64,000 nucleotides of DNA, from positions 32,560-96,559 of the forward strand of contig CALMSX010000064.1 of NCBI GenBank assembly GCA_937872515.1, written 5' to 3'. Source of the DNA: an uncultured Bacteroidota bacterium (GTDB taxonomy: Bacteria > Bacteroidota > Bacteroidia > Chitinophagales > Saprospiraceae). The translations under genes and the position numbers were made by a program. This document shows positions 47,638 to 57,373 of this stretch, piece after piece. How positions within the stretch are numbered: the first letter of the stretch is position 1; every line of letters starts with the position of its first letter. Under the pieces are notes generated by a model, which was not told where the DNA came from, made no database searches, and saw nothing but the letters and a program-made list of their open reading frames with translations.

Positions 47638-47922
47638 AACCATTTAGGTTTGCTCTTCAAGACAATTAACAAGGCATTAAGAACATTAACATTTCCATAA
47701 TACAGTGTTAAAAGTTGGTTTATTCTTATTTGGCAGAATAATAGTTTGAATTAAATCAAAAACACGAAATTAGGCCCATAATATATTATTTATCTTAATA
47801 ATATATAAGGTGTTCAAAAATTATGCCACAAGGCAGTAAATCAACGGAATTGGTCAAAAATCGGGGATATTACGGATCATTTATCAGGGTTTACCCTGGA
47901 AGCCTGAGAACCAAATAAATAT

Positions 47923-47960
47923 AAAAAAAAGGCGATTCCTGAAACGAGTTCAAGAATCGC
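47923..47960 (-). terminator. Intrinsic terminator after the LolA-like gene (end of the tig-clpP-clpX-lolA-like string)
   Basis: Minus strand reads GCGATTC-T-TGAA-CTCGT-TTCA-G-GAATCGC followed by C and TTTTTTTT. It starts 33 nt after the stop at 47993. Confidence 0.7.
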
Positions 47961-47992
47961 ACGGTTGGTAAACTGAAAATTGTACGGTTCTA

Positions 47993-48667
47993 TTAATCAA
48001 TTCTCAGATCTTCTATGTGGACACCCGGATGTTTTTTTGCATTGAATACAAAGACATCGGATGCATACGTCTTATTGGGAACGATACTTTTAACAACTAG
48101 TGTATACCTTGACCCATCTTTTGAGAAAACTTTAATGCTACTGGCTTTATTGTTTTTCTCTGAAACGGATAGTCGGATTTTAGAATACTCGCTGTTTTTA
48201 TCCAAAGGTTTAAACTCAATTTGGGTAACATTGGTTCCATTTTCGATGGCATTTCCGGTAATAGCATAGGCATATTGGCCGGATTCATACAATCTGAGCA
48301 TCTCTGCAGGTGACATTACATCAGCGCCCGGACCTTCTTCAAAGTCATTGATTTGTACTTCTTTATTTGATTTCAGGTAGAGCCAGACGGCTTTGCCGTC
48401 ACAATAAATCTCCTGATCAGCAATGCTAACCTGGTATTTCTTGCCCTGTTGGATCAATTTTCCTTTTTGAGTCTCTGTAGGCTGTCCTTTGAGTTCAAGC
48501 ACCAGTTCAAAAACCACTTCCATGGATTTGTAGCCATTGTACTCTTTTTTGAGGGCATCCAATATTTTTTTTGCCTTTGGGTCGCTGTCAGACGCCTTGT
48601 TAAAGGTTTTTTGACCGCTTAAGCCCAATGAAAGGACAAGTAGAAGGAATGAAAACACATATTTCAT
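47993..48667 (-). CDS. LolA-like outer-membrane lipoprotein carrier/sorting protein
   Basis: Signal peptide with LolA-family length and pattern (KGKLIQQGKKYQVSIADQEIYCDGKAVWLYLKSNKEVQIND). Confidence 0.6.
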   Translation of the reverse strand: MKYVFSFLLLVLSLGLSGQKTFNKASDSDPKAKKILDALKKEYNGYKSMEVVFELVLELKGQPTETQKGKLIQQGKKYQVSIADQEIYCDGKAVWLYLKSNKEVQINDFEEGPGADVMSPAEMLRLYESGQYAYAITGNAIENGTNVTQIEFKPLDKNSEYSKIRLSVSEKNNKASSIKVFSKDGSRYTLVVKSIVPNKTYASDVFVFNAKKHPGVHIEDLRID

Positions 48668-48729
48668 AACCTGAAGTTTTATTCAAGACTATTGGGAAAG
48701 TAAAAATGTAGTTAAGGAGGCGTTAAACA

Positions 48730-49968
48730 TCAGGCCGCCCTTAGTTTATTGAGCTTGGCCTTTGATATTTTAGCCTCTGCATATTCCCGACTAACCACAA
48801 ACTCTTTGGTATCGGGCATTGAGGGTAACTCAAACATGGCATCGGTCAAAATTGCTTCACACAAAGAGCGAAGTCCTCTGGCTCCCAATTTGTATTCCAG
48901 TGCTTTTTCAGCAACAAAATCCAGCGCATCTTCTGTAAAAATCAACGCAATACCTTCAATTTCAAACAGCTTTGTGTACTGTTTTATGATGGCATTTTTT
49001 GGTTGGGTAAGGATGTTGATCAGGGTTATTTTATCTAGTGGTTCCAGATAAGTAAGCACCGGTAAGCGGCCGATCAATTCAGGGATCAGTCCAAAGGCTT
49101 TCAGATCTTTGTGACTAATGTATTGCAACAGATTTTCTTTATCGAGTTCTACCGTCTCTTCTTTGTTGTAACCAATGACCTGGGTATTCAGCCTTCTGGC
49201 AATTACCTTGTCGATGCCATCAAAGGCGCCGCCACAGATAAATAAGATTTTGGAAGTGTCAACCTTGATCATTTTTTGCTCAGGGTGCTTTCTGCCTCCC
49301 TGAGGTGGTACGTTGACTTCAGTGCCTTCCAGCAATTTGAGCATGGCCTGTTGAACTCCCTCTCCGGATACATCTCTCGTTATTGAGGGATTGTCACTTT
49401 TGCGGGCTATTTTGTCGATCTCATCAATATACACTATGCCTTTTTCGGCGGCTTCTACATTAAAATCACAGGCTTGCAGCAGTCTTGATAACATTGATTC
49501 CACATCTTCACCTACATAGCCTGCCTCTGTAAATACGGTGGCGTCTACAATGGCAAAGGGAACATCCAGAAAACGGGCAATGGTCTTTGCCATTAAAGTC
49601 TTTCCGGTTCCGGTTTCACCCACAAAAATGATGTTGGATTTTTCGATTTCAACCTCGTCTTTGGTTTTCTGTTTCAATCTTTTGTAGTGATTGTAAACAG
49701 CTACTGACAGGTATTTTTTAGCTTCATCCTGGCCAATGACATATTGGTCCAGGTAGTTTTTGATTTCCTGTGGCTTGAAATTTTCCGGAAGGGAAAACTG
49801 ATTGGACGACGTTTTCCCCTTTTCTGCTACCTCCTCATTGACAATGTGATAGGCTTGCTCAACACACATTTCGCAGATATGACCATCGATGCCGGCTATT
49901 AAAAGCACAGCTTCTTTTTTGTCGCGACCACAAAATGAGCATTTGATATTTTCCTTAAACTTAGCCAC
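48730..49968 (-). CDS. clpX: ATP-dependent Clp protease ATP-binding subunit ClpX
   Basis: N-terminal zinc finger CSFCGR...CEMC, Walker A GETGTGKT and Walker B VYIDEIDK. Confidence 0.97.
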   Translation of the reverse strand: MAKFKENIKCSFCGRDKKEAVLLIAGIDGHICEMCVEQAYHIVNEEVAEKGKTSSNQFSLPENFKPQEIKNYLDQYVIGQDEAKKYLSVAVYNHYKRLKQKTKDEVEIEKSNIIFVGETGTGKTLMAKTIARFLDVPFAIVDATVFTEAGYVGEDVESMLSRLLQACDFNVEAAEKGIVYIDEIDKIARKSDNPSITRDVSGEGVQQAMLKLLEGTEVNVPPQGGRKHPEQKMIKVDTSKILFICGGAFDGIDKVIARRLNTQVIGYNKEETVELDKENLLQYISHKDLKAFGLIPELIGRLPVLTYLEPLDKITLINILTQPKNAIIKQYTKLFEIEGIALIFTEDALDFVAEKALEYKLGARGLRSLCEAILTDAMFELPSMPDTKEFVVSREYAEAKISKAKLNKLRAA

Positions 49969-50014
49969 TTAGCTTGATTTTACTAACAGGTAAACAAAAA
50001 TCTCTCCAAAAAGG

Positions 50015-50716
50015 TTAGAGGTCTTTTTTCCTTGGGTTGCTTCTGTCCAAAACTTCATCTACAATGCCATAGTTTTTGGCCTCATGTGAGGTCATCCAGT
50101 TGTCCCTTTCAGAGTCTTTTTCAATTTCTTCAAAAGTTTTACCCGTGTGGTGGGCCAGGATGTCGTATAATTCCTTCCTCAACGATTTGATGAGTTTATA
50201 GGAAATCTCCATGTCAGTAAACTGACCCTGCATTCCTCCTGAAGGCTGGTGGATCATCACTCGGCTGTGCTGCAGCGCTGTTCTTTTCCCCTTTTTACCG
50301 GCTACCAATAATACAGCGCCCATTGAAGCGGCCAAACCTGTACATATCGTTGCTACATCGGGTGAAACGTATTGCATGGTATCATATATGCCCATACCAT
50401 CGATTACACTACCTCCCGGACTGTTGATAAACATCTGGATGTCTCTTTTTGGATCTGTAGATTCCAAAAACAACATCTGGGCCTGGATTACATTGGCCAC
50501 GTAATCATTTACCGGAACACCCATAAAGATGATACGGTCCATCATGAGTCTGGAAAAAACATCCATACCTACGATGTTCATCTGGCGCTCTTCTATCACC
50601 TGTGGGGTAAAACCAGTGATGTTGGGAACGGATGCTGCCATGTATTTTTCCAGGTGCATCGTGCTCATGCCTAGGTGTTGGGTTGCGTATTTTTTAAATT
50701 CGTCTTTTGGAAACAT
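50015..50716 (-). CDS. clpP: ATP-dependent Clp protease proteolytic subunit ClpP
   Basis: Catalytic Ser context GLAASMGAVLL and MIHQPSGG. The N-terminal extension (FKKYATQHLGM...) is typical of Bacteroidota ClpP. Confidence 0.95.
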   Translation of the reverse strand: MFPKDEFKKYATQHLGMSTMHLEKYMAASVPNITGFTPQVIEERQMNIVGMDVFSRLMMDRIIFMGVPVNDYVANVIQAQMLFLESTDPKRDIQMFINSPGGSVIDGMGIYDTMQYVSPDVATICTGLAASMGAVLLVAGKKGKRTALQHSRVMIHQPSGGMQGQFTDMEISYKLIKSLRKELYDILAHHTGKTFEEIEKDSERDNWMTSHEAKNYGIVDEVLDRSNPRKKDL

Positions 50717-52077
50717 TATGCTTCTTTTTGTTCGTTTGCTAAAAATAGGGCTTCATATTCTGCTGTTGGCAGTTTTTTCTCCTCCTTCTGAATAATGGTA
50801 AACAGCTTATCGAATATTTTGTTTGTTTTTGCCTCTTCTGACAATTTAAACAGCTCGGTTCTGTCGCTATACCAGTTTTTCACAATCTTATTGACAGTGT
50901 CTTGTGGTATTCTGCCATAATTCATTTCATAACTCCTGATCCTGTTGGATGCTACCTGACGAATGTCGTCTTCTCCCACCTGGATATCAAAATTGCGCGC
51001 AATTTCGTCTTTGATGTAGGTCCACTTTAACTCATCCACAAACTTTGGCAGTTCTGCTTCAATTTTTTCATTGTCCAGTTTTTCTACATTCGCCAACCAC
51101 TTTCGTACAAAGGCTTCTGAAACCTGCATATCGGTTTGATCAAGCACTCTGTCCATCACAGCCTTTTTCAACAAGGCATCAGCGTTGGGCTTTTGCGATT
51201 GATAAAAACTCTTTTCTACCTCTTTTTTCAAATCATCCATCGATTCCATCTGGAATTGTTCCTTGATCAACTCGTCAGTCAATTCTGCCGGCTTCAGTCT
51301 GGATATTTTATTGATCTTGTATTGGAAAATGTCTTCTGCCTTTAGATCGTATTCATCAGGTAAGCCAAAAAGGTTCTTTTTGATAAAGCTAAAATCTTTG
51401 TTTTCCAGCTTGCCAACTTCAATCTCAAAAACATCACCCAATTTTTTTGTCATCAGTAGGTCCTTAAGGATCTGGTCTTCTATAGAATTGAAAAACAAGA
51501 TCACATCTTTGCTGAAGCCCCCCTCTTTTACCTGCCCGTTTTCCATTTCTGAGGCTGTCACATAAATCAGTTCTTCTCCAATTACATCTTCAACCTCTTC
51601 CAATTTCCCCAGCCTGCGGGCAAGGTAAGTAAGCTCTTCTTCCATATAGTTTTCACCCGGCAATGGCAACAAATATTCATATTTGTCCTCGGCAGATATT
51701 CCCTTAATGGTATAAGGCGGAAGTTCTCCGATTTCGTAAGTGATGGTATAGGATTTTTCACTATTGGCAGGCTCCAGCGCCAATCTCTCTTGTTCTGCAG
51801 AAAGCATCGGCTGGGCAATGTATCTGATCTTTTCTTTTTCCAGGTACTCTTGCAGGGCCGTGTTAAACAGGTTGTCAATCATGTCTGCAAACACAGAAGG
51901 ACCATACATTTTTTTAATGACGGAAACAGGCGTCTTGCCTTTGCGGAAACCTTTGACAGCCGCTTTGGCAGCCAGTCTCTGCAATTCCTGGTCATATTTT
52001 TTTAAATAATCGGCAGGCTCTAAGGTGATGGATATACTAGAGATCAGTTGTCCCAGGTCGTTTTTTTGAATATTCAT
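50716..52077 (-). CDS. tig: Trigger factor
   Basis: Ribosome-binding signature GFRKGKTP near the N-terminus, 453-aa length and position upstream of clpP-clpX. TAATG overlap with the clpP start. Confidence 0.9.
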   Translation of the reverse strand: MNIQKNDLGQLISSISITLEPADYLKKYDQELQRLAAKAAVKGFRKGKTPVSVIKKMYGPSVFADMIDNLFNTALQEYLEKEKIRYIAQPMLSAEQERLALEPANSEKSYTITYEIGELPPYTIKGISAEDKYEYLLPLPGENYMEEELTYLARRLGKLEEVEDVIGEELIYVTASEMENGQVKEGGFSKDVILFFNSIEDQILKDLLMTKKLGDVFEIEVGKLENKDFSFIKKNLFGLPDEYDLKAEDIFQYKINKISRLKPAELTDELIKEQFQMESMDDLKKEVEKSFYQSQKPNADALLKKAVMDRVLDQTDMQVSEAFVRKWLANVEKLDNEKIEAELPKFVDELKWTYIKDEIARNFDIQVGEDDIRQVASNRIRSYEMNYGRIPQDTVNKIVKNWYSDRTELFKLSEEAKTNKIFDKLFTIIQKEEKKLPTAEYEALFLANEQKEA

Positions 52078-52158
52078 TGGATTTCGCTGAATGGTATGGT
52101 TTAATTATAAATGCTTATTTTTTCGGTTGTGTTCAACATGGATGAGATCCGTTGTCTT

Positions 52159-52192
52159 AAAAATAAAAAAAGAGAAGGAGGCCTTCTCTTTT
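52159..52192 (-). terminator. Intrinsic terminator directly after tRNA-Leu
   Basis: Plus strand AAAAGAGAAGG-AGG-CCTTCTCTTTT (52168-52192) preceded by an A-run. On the minus strand the hairpin is followed by TTTATTTTT. Confidence 0.65.
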
Positions 52193-52199
52193 CTTTTAG

Positions 52200-52281
52200 T
52201 GCGGGTGGAGGGACTCGAACCCGCACACCTCTCGGCACCAGATCCTAAGTCTGGCGTGTCTACCAATTTCACCACACCCGC
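52200..52281 (-). tRNA. tRNA-Leu (anticodon UAG), class II with long variable arm, CCA not encoded
   Basis: Hand-folded. Acceptor GCGGGTG/CACCCGC, anticodon stem CCAGA/TCTGG with loop CTTAGGA, variable arm TGCCGAGAGGTGT and T-loop TTCGAGT. There is one C-U mismatch in the T-stem (GCGGG/CCCTC). Confidence 0.85.
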
Positions 52282-52303
52282 AAAAAGTTTGTGATTGGGA
52301 GCG

Positions 52304-52311
52304 CAAAGATA
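52304..52311 (-). promoter_or_regulatory. -7 box TATCTTTG upstream of tRNA-Leu
   Basis: Plus strand reads CAAAGATA. It lies 22 nt from the mature 5' end at 52281. Confidence 0.5.
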
Positions 52312-52617
52312 TACATTTTACCATATTTTATGCCCTGTTCATCGAAAATTATTTGAAACCAAATATGATTTGGATTTTGGATGTATTAGTGTCATCTAGC
52401 AAAATATAAACTCAAATTGTCGCTCAAATGAAATACTTAATTACGTTTTATTGGTAAAAACGACTTTTTGGCTTTAGGAATAAAAGTCCAGTTGTGAAAA
52501 AGCCAAATATAATTTTGAATTATTCATTATAAGACGATTTCAATTGTTTCAATGCCAAATGCCGACACGATCGATGCCTTTTTTTATGTAAGTCCTCCTT
52601 TCATGGTTGCTTGTGCT

Positions 52618-52625
52618 TATTTTTG
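52618..52625 (+). promoter_or_regulatory. -7 box TATTTTTG upstream of anmK
   Basis: Lies 14 nt before GTG 52640. Confidence 0.5.
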
Positions 52626-52639
52626 ACAAAAGTTAGGCG

Positions 52640-53842
52640 GTGAAAAAACACGTTGAACATCTTTGGCAAATAGCCAACAAGTCGGAACGCAGAATTGTGG
52701 GCCTCATGAGTGGCACCTCTCTGGATGGCCTCGATCTGGCTCTGTGCAGGATCAGGGGTGTGGGTCGCCAAACCCAATTGATAACAGAACAATTTATTAC
52801 CCTTCCCTACACCGAAACATTCCGGAAGGAAGTGAGAAAAGTGTTTTCTGTGAAGGAAGGCAATATCGAGTTGCTGGTTCTCCTCAACACTTTTATTGGT
52901 AAAATGCACGGCAAGATGGTAGCCGATACCCTGCGTCAATGGGAGATTTCACCCACAGATATTGACCTGATCGCAAGCCATGGACAAACCATTTATCATG
53001 CACCTGCTTTTTTGCATCCAGATTCTGGCTATGAAAATGCTACATTGCAGATAGGGGATGGAGATCATCTGGCAATGACAACGGGTATTATTACGGTCAG
53101 CGATTTTAGGCTCAAACACATTGCAGCAGGTGGAGAGGGGGCGCCCTTGGCCGTTTATGGCGACTATCTCATTTTTAGTGATGAATTCGAAAATCGGGTC
53201 ATGCTCAATATTGGGGGGATTGCCAATTTTACCTGGCTGCCATCGACTGCCTTGGCTCATCAGGCTCCCGGCTTTTCAACCGATGTAGGCCCCGGCAATA
53301 CCATGATGGATGCTTATATGCAAAAACACCTGGGCATGGCCTGTGATCTCAATGGTGAACTTGCTGCTTCAGGTACGGTCCACCCACTATTGTTGGAACA
53401 TTTGTTGTCAGATCCTTTTTTCAGGGCATCGCTGCCCAAGACCATCGGTCCTGAATTGTTTAACCTCACCTATCTCGAAAAAGCCCTTGGCAGGGTAGGG
53501 GGTGAGCTGAGCCATGCCGATGTAATGGCGACCCTCAATCAATTTTCTGCAGAAGGAATCATTCTGACCCTAAAACAAAGTCTTGGATCCATCCAGAATT
53601 GGGTGGTTTATGGCAGTGGTGGTGGTATTCACAACCCTGTTTTAATGCGACATCTCAAGCATTCCTTTCCCGAAAATGTATTTAAAAATACCAATGAATT
53701 GGGTGTAGAACCAGATGCCAAAGAAGCAGTACTCTTTGCTTTATTGGCCAACGAATGCATTGCAGGTGATGGACTGGGCAGCAATTTATTTAAGGAGGGC
53801 ATGCCGGATATCAGCATGGGTAAAATCAGCTTCCCTGGTTGA
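52640..53842 (+). CDS. anmK: Anhydro-N-acetylmuramic acid kinase
   Basis: IVGLMSGTSLDGLDLALC N-terminal motif, with GGGIHNPVLM near the C-terminus. GTG start. Confidence 0.9.
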   Translation: MKKHVEHLWQIANKSERRIVGLMSGTSLDGLDLALCRIRGVGRQTQLITEQFITLPYTETFRKEVRKVFSVKEGNIELLVLLNTFIGKMHGKMVADTLRQWEISPTDIDLIASHGQTIYHAPAFLHPDSGYENATLQIGDGDHLAMTTGIITVSDFRLKHIAAGGEGAPLAVYGDYLIFSDEFENRVMLNIGGIANFTWLPSTALAHQAPGFSTDVGPGNTMMDAYMQKHLGMACDLNGELAASGTVHPLLLEHLLSDPFFRASLPKTIGPELFNLTYLEKALGRVGGELSHADVMATLNQFSAEGIILTLKQSLGSIQNWVVYGSGGGIHNPVLMRHLKHSFPENVFKNTNELGVEPDAKEAVLFALLANECIAGDGLGSNLFKEGMPDISMGKISFPG

Positions 53843-54013
53843 TTCCATCGTCGTGTATATTATTTTAGCCGGTGTAAATAATTGGAGTTCCTGGTTTTGC
53901 CGTCCATAAATGAAACGAGATTTTTTGAGTTCAATATTTATGAGTACCGCCATTATGGGCTACAATCATAGCACAAAGCAAAGGACAATTCTCAAAAAAG
54001 GATGGGAGTTGTT

Positions 54014-54021
54014 TATCTTTG
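54014..54021 (+). promoter_or_regulatory. -7 box TATCTTTG upstream of the GH3-family gene
   Basis: Lies 4 nt before ATG 54026. The track's ATG at 54002 is upstream of the box. Confidence 0.4.
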
Positions 54022-54025
54022 TGCC

Positions 54026-55528
54026 ATGTCTCTCAAAACAATGATCCTTCTGCCGGTAGCCAGGTTTATTTCCAGCATGGTTCGGCGACATGCCAAGTCT
54101 GCTTTGGCAGATCAGGATCGTATTTTTCACACCCTCATAAAAGACGCAGGCAACACTGCCTTTGGAAATGACCATGGCTTCGATCGAATTAATAGCTATG
54201 ATGATTTTAAAAGACAGGTTCCGGTCAGAGATTACGAAGGATTAAAATCCTATTTTGATAGAATAGCGATGGGTGAAAAAAATGTTTTGTGGCCCGGCCA
54301 GCCTAAATACCTTGCAAAAACATCAGGTACTACCTCAGGTATAAAGTACATTCCTGTTAGTAAAAATAGTGTGCCCAACCATATCCGTTCTGCCCGTAAT
54401 GCCATTTTTAATTACATGGCGGTCAAAGGCTCTGCTGCCATCTTTGAAGGCAAGATGATTTTTTTGAGTGGCTCTCCTGAGCTGGAAACCAAAGGGGGGG
54501 TGCCCACCGGCCGATTGTCAGGCATTGTCAACCATGAAGTGCCTGCCTGGATCAGAACCAACCAACTACCGAGCTGGAAAACCAATTGTATAGAAGATTG
54601 GGAAGAAAAATTGGAAGCTGTAATCAAAGAAACCCTACACCAGGATATGCGGGTAATAGGTGGCATACCGCCCTGGGTGCAAATGTATTTTGAGCGTATT
54701 TTACAGATCTCCGGCAAAAAAAATATCATGGAGGTTTTTCCCCATTTTTCGCTTTTCATTTACGGAGGTGTCAACTATGAACCCTACCGCGCCACCTTAG
54801 AAAAACTGATCGGCAAAAAAGTGGACAGCATTGAATATTTTCCTGCAAGTGAAGGTTTTTTTGCCTTCCAGGACGACCCTGAGGATGCCTCACTTCTGCT
54901 CACCACCAACAGTGGTATTTTTTATGAATTTGTACCTCTTTCAGAAGCGGGCAATGTCAACGCAACGAGGTTAAATCTTGCCCAGGTACAGACAGGAATT
55001 GACTATGCATTGATTGTCAATAACAATGCAGGCTTATTTGGATATGACATCGGTGATGCGGTGCGATTTACTTCTCTTAATCCCTTTAAATTGTTGGTCA
55101 CCGGAAGGGTGAAGCACTATATTTCTGCCTTTGGAGAACACGTTATTGGCAAGGAAGTAGATGAAGCCATGCAAAAAACAGCGTCCCTTCATGGCGTTGA
55201 AGTGACAGAGTATACAGTGGCGCCACAAGTTAACCCACCGGAAGGGGGGCTGCCCTACCACGAATGGCTGGTAGAATTTGAATCCGCACCAAATGATCTC
55301 ACCGCCTTTGCCCGCGATTTGGATCACGCCATGACAGAACAAAACATCTATTACAAGGACTTGATAGAAGGCCGGATTCTAAAGCCGTTGGTGATCAGAT
55401 CCCTGCAAAAAGGCAGCTTTATTGAATACATGAGATCACAAGGCAAACTGGGTGGACAAAATAAGGTTCCCAGGCTTACAAACGGAAGAAAACTGGCTGA
55501 TGTGCTCCTGAAAAATGAACCACTCTAA
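54026..55528 (+). CDS. GH3-family (acyl-acid amido synthetase-like, ANL superfamily) protein
   Basis: YLAKTSGTTSGIKYIPVS adenylation motif, with GH3-type length and layout. The start is either ATG 54026 or ATG 54041. Confidence 0.8.
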   Translation: MSLKTMILLPVARFISSMVRRHAKSALADQDRIFHTLIKDAGNTAFGNDHGFDRINSYDDFKRQVPVRDYEGLKSYFDRIAMGEKNVLWPGQPKYLAKTSGTTSGIKYIPVSKNSVPNHIRSARNAIFNYMAVKGSAAIFEGKMIFLSGSPELETKGGVPTGRLSGIVNHEVPAWIRTNQLPSWKTNCIEDWEEKLEAVIKETLHQDMRVIGGIPPWVQMYFERILQISGKKNIMEVFPHFSLFIYGGVNYEPYRATLEKLIGKKVDSIEYFPASEGFFAFQDDPEDASLLLTTNSGIFYEFVPLSEAGNVNATRLNLAQVQTGIDYALIVNNNAGLFGYDIGDAVRFTSLNPFKLLVTGRVKHYISAFGEHVIGKEVDEAMQKTASLHGVEVTEYTVAPQVNPPEGGLPYHEWLVEFESAPNDLTAFARDLDHAMTEQNIYYKDLIEGRILKPLVIRSLQKGSFIEYMRSQGKLGGQNKVPRLTNGRKLADVLLKNEPL

Positions 55529-55552
55529 TAGAAAAAACCAGGCAACTATTTT

Positions 55553-56284
55553 TTATAAGTTTAATAAACTTACTCTGTGCACTCCCGGCCTGTATTCTTT
55601 TTTAAGCAGGTCTTTTACCGTTTGGTATTGTTTGGGGTTGTGGAGGAAATCAAGGTTGTTGATATCAATAATCAGGACCGGAAACTGCAAAATATTTCGA
55701 AGGTATTCAAAATAGGAATTTTGCACATTGGTGAGGTAGTCGTTGCTTATGGTTGCTTCATATTGACGGCCCCTCTTTTTAATATTACCCTGCAGCATAT
55801 CGACATCTCTGTGTAGATAAACCAGGATGTCCGGATTGGGGAAGTTCTGACTCAAGACATTAAACATTTTCTGAAACATCCGGTATTCGTCATCCCTCAA
55901 ATTCTGACGCGCAAAGAGCAGGGTTTTGACAAAGGTATAATCTGCAATTGTGAAATCGTAAAATAAGTCCTGTGTCAGTTCATTTTGCAACTGTTTATAC
56001 CTTTCAGTCATAAAAAACAACTCTACCGTAAAGGCATATCGCTGTGGATCGTTGTAAAAAAGAGGTAAAAAGGGATTGTCTGCAAACTGCTCTAAGATGA
56101 GTTTGCAGTTGTATTCGGTTTTGATCAGCTGGCAAAACGAGGTTTTACCGGCACCAATATTACCTTCTACACAAATGTATTTATATGGGAAAACCTGGCT
56201 GATGGCTATTTGATTTTGTGGGTTATTTTCAATCGTAGATCCAGACCTCACAAGGGTCGTTGCTTTCTTCGTATAATTCTTCAA
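55553..56284 (-). CDS. Deoxynucleoside kinase
   Basis: P-loop CVEGNIGAGKTSF, ERS-like region (FFMTERY) and lid KKRGRQYE. An N-terminal extension of roughly 35 aa overlaps the folK 3' end, so the start is uncertain. Confidence 0.8.
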   Translation of the reverse strand: MKNYTKKATTLVRSGSTIENNPQNQIAISQVFPYKYICVEGNIGAGKTSFCQLIKTEYNCKLILEQFADNPFLPLFYNDPQRYAFTVELFFMTERYKQLQNELTQDLFYDFTIADYTFVKTLLFARQNLRDDEYRMFQKMFNVLSQNFPNPDILVYLHRDVDMLQGNIKKRGRQYEATISNDYLTNVQNSYFEYLRNILQFPVLIIDINNLDFLHNPKQYQTVKDLLKKEYRPGVHRVSLLNL

Positions 56285-56711
56285 TGGTTTTTTCTAAGAC
56301 GGGGTGAACCATCTCACCCAGGATCTCCATCAATGGTATCAAAACAAAATTTCGTTTTTCTATCATTGGGTGGGGTATTTTGATATTTTCTTTGTCGATG
56401 ATCGAATCATTGTAAAATAAAACATCGATATCAATGGTTCTGGGTCCCCAGGTTTCTGTTTTGAAACTCCCCATTTGTTTTTCAATTGCTTTGCATTTGA
56501 GCAAGGTATCTTCAGCAGAAAGTGAGGTGTGAACCACTGCTGCCTGGTTCAGGAAATTATCCTGGTCTTTCTTACCCCAGGCTTCTGTTTCAAATACCGA
56601 TGATTTATTTGCAATTGGACCAATTTCAGCAGAAATAAGCTCAAAAGCCCTGTTCAACTGTGTCAAACGATCACCTATATTAGAACCCAAATGTAGGACA
56701 ACATTATTCAC
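56229..56711 (-). CDS. folK: 2-amino-4-hydroxy-6-hydroxymethyldihydropteridine diphosphokinase
   Basis: VVLHLGSNIGDR and GPRTIDIDVLFY motifs. 160 aa. Confidence 0.9.
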   Translation of the reverse strand: MNNVVLHLGSNIGDRLTQLNRAFELISAEIGPIANKSSVFETEAWGKKDQDNFLNQAAVVHTSLSAEDTLLKCKAIEKQMGSFKTETWGPRTIDIDVLFYNDSIIDKENIKIPHPMIEKRNFVLIPLMEILGEMVHPVLEKTIEELYEESNDPCEVWIYD

Positions 56712-56964
56712 ATTAAAGATTTATGCAATATTACACAAAGCTTCGACAATTTTGAACGATTAATTGAAAAACAATATGTAAAGTGTTCATATTCAAATAA
56801 AAAATTGCTAAAAATGGACTTGCTTTTCTTGGAGTAATACCATTTTGGGCTTTTTAAAAGAGTCAACTTCACCCTTACTGGTCAGAAACTGGCCACAAAC
56901 TATGAAATGTAAATCAGCCACTATTTAGAAAGGAGCATTTCTATCTGTCGGAATATTTATGGTG

Positions 56965-56972
56965 TATCTTTG
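56965..56972 (+). promoter_or_regulatory. -7 box TATCTTTG upstream of the DoxX-like gene
   Basis: The track's TTG start at 56970 is the TTG of this box. It lies 15 nt before GTG 56988. Confidence 0.45.
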
Positions 56973-56987
56973 TTAAAAAAAAATATA

Positions 56988-57332
56988 GTGACAGACGAAA
57001 TAAAGGCAGCCCTTAGAAATATAGCCATGCTCATCCTGAGTGTTGGGTTTCTGGGAGTGGGCATGCTCAAACTTATTGCTTTTCCGGCCATGGTCACCGC
57101 CTTTGAACAATGGCAACTGCCCTCCTGGTCAATGTATATAATTGGTGTCATCGAACTGGCCATTGCGGTAAGTCTTTTCTACCAGCCATGGAGATCTAAG
57201 GCCATCATGGCTGCCTTCGCGCTGATGATAGGAGCCATTAGTGTTCACCTGATTGCGGGACAGTTTTCCCAACTTTATGGACCCTTGGTGGTTTTATTAT
57301 TTGCCGGTTTACTGAGGTTCACAGAAGCCTGA
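56988..57332 (+). CDS. DoxX-like small membrane protein
   Basis: Four hydrophobic helices with a DoxX-like pattern (LILSVGFLGVGMLKLIAFP...IIGVIELAIAVSLFY). The start is either GTG 56988 or ATG 57027. Confidence 0.55.
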   Translation: MTDEIKAALRNIAMLILSVGFLGVGMLKLIAFPAMVTAFEQWQLPSWSMYIIGVIELAIAVSLFYQPWRSKAIMAAFALMIGAISVHLIAGQFSQLYGPLVVLLFAGLLRFTEA

Positions 57333-57373
57333 CCGGTAACGTTAAAATTTAGCCTTAATAACGATCAATACTT

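Noticed and set aside
52084-52640. tRNA-Leu as an integration hotspot for a genomic island
   Set aside because: There is no integrase, no duplicated tRNA 3' segment and no compositional break that I could see. The flanks are tig-clpP-clpX and anmK, which are core genes.
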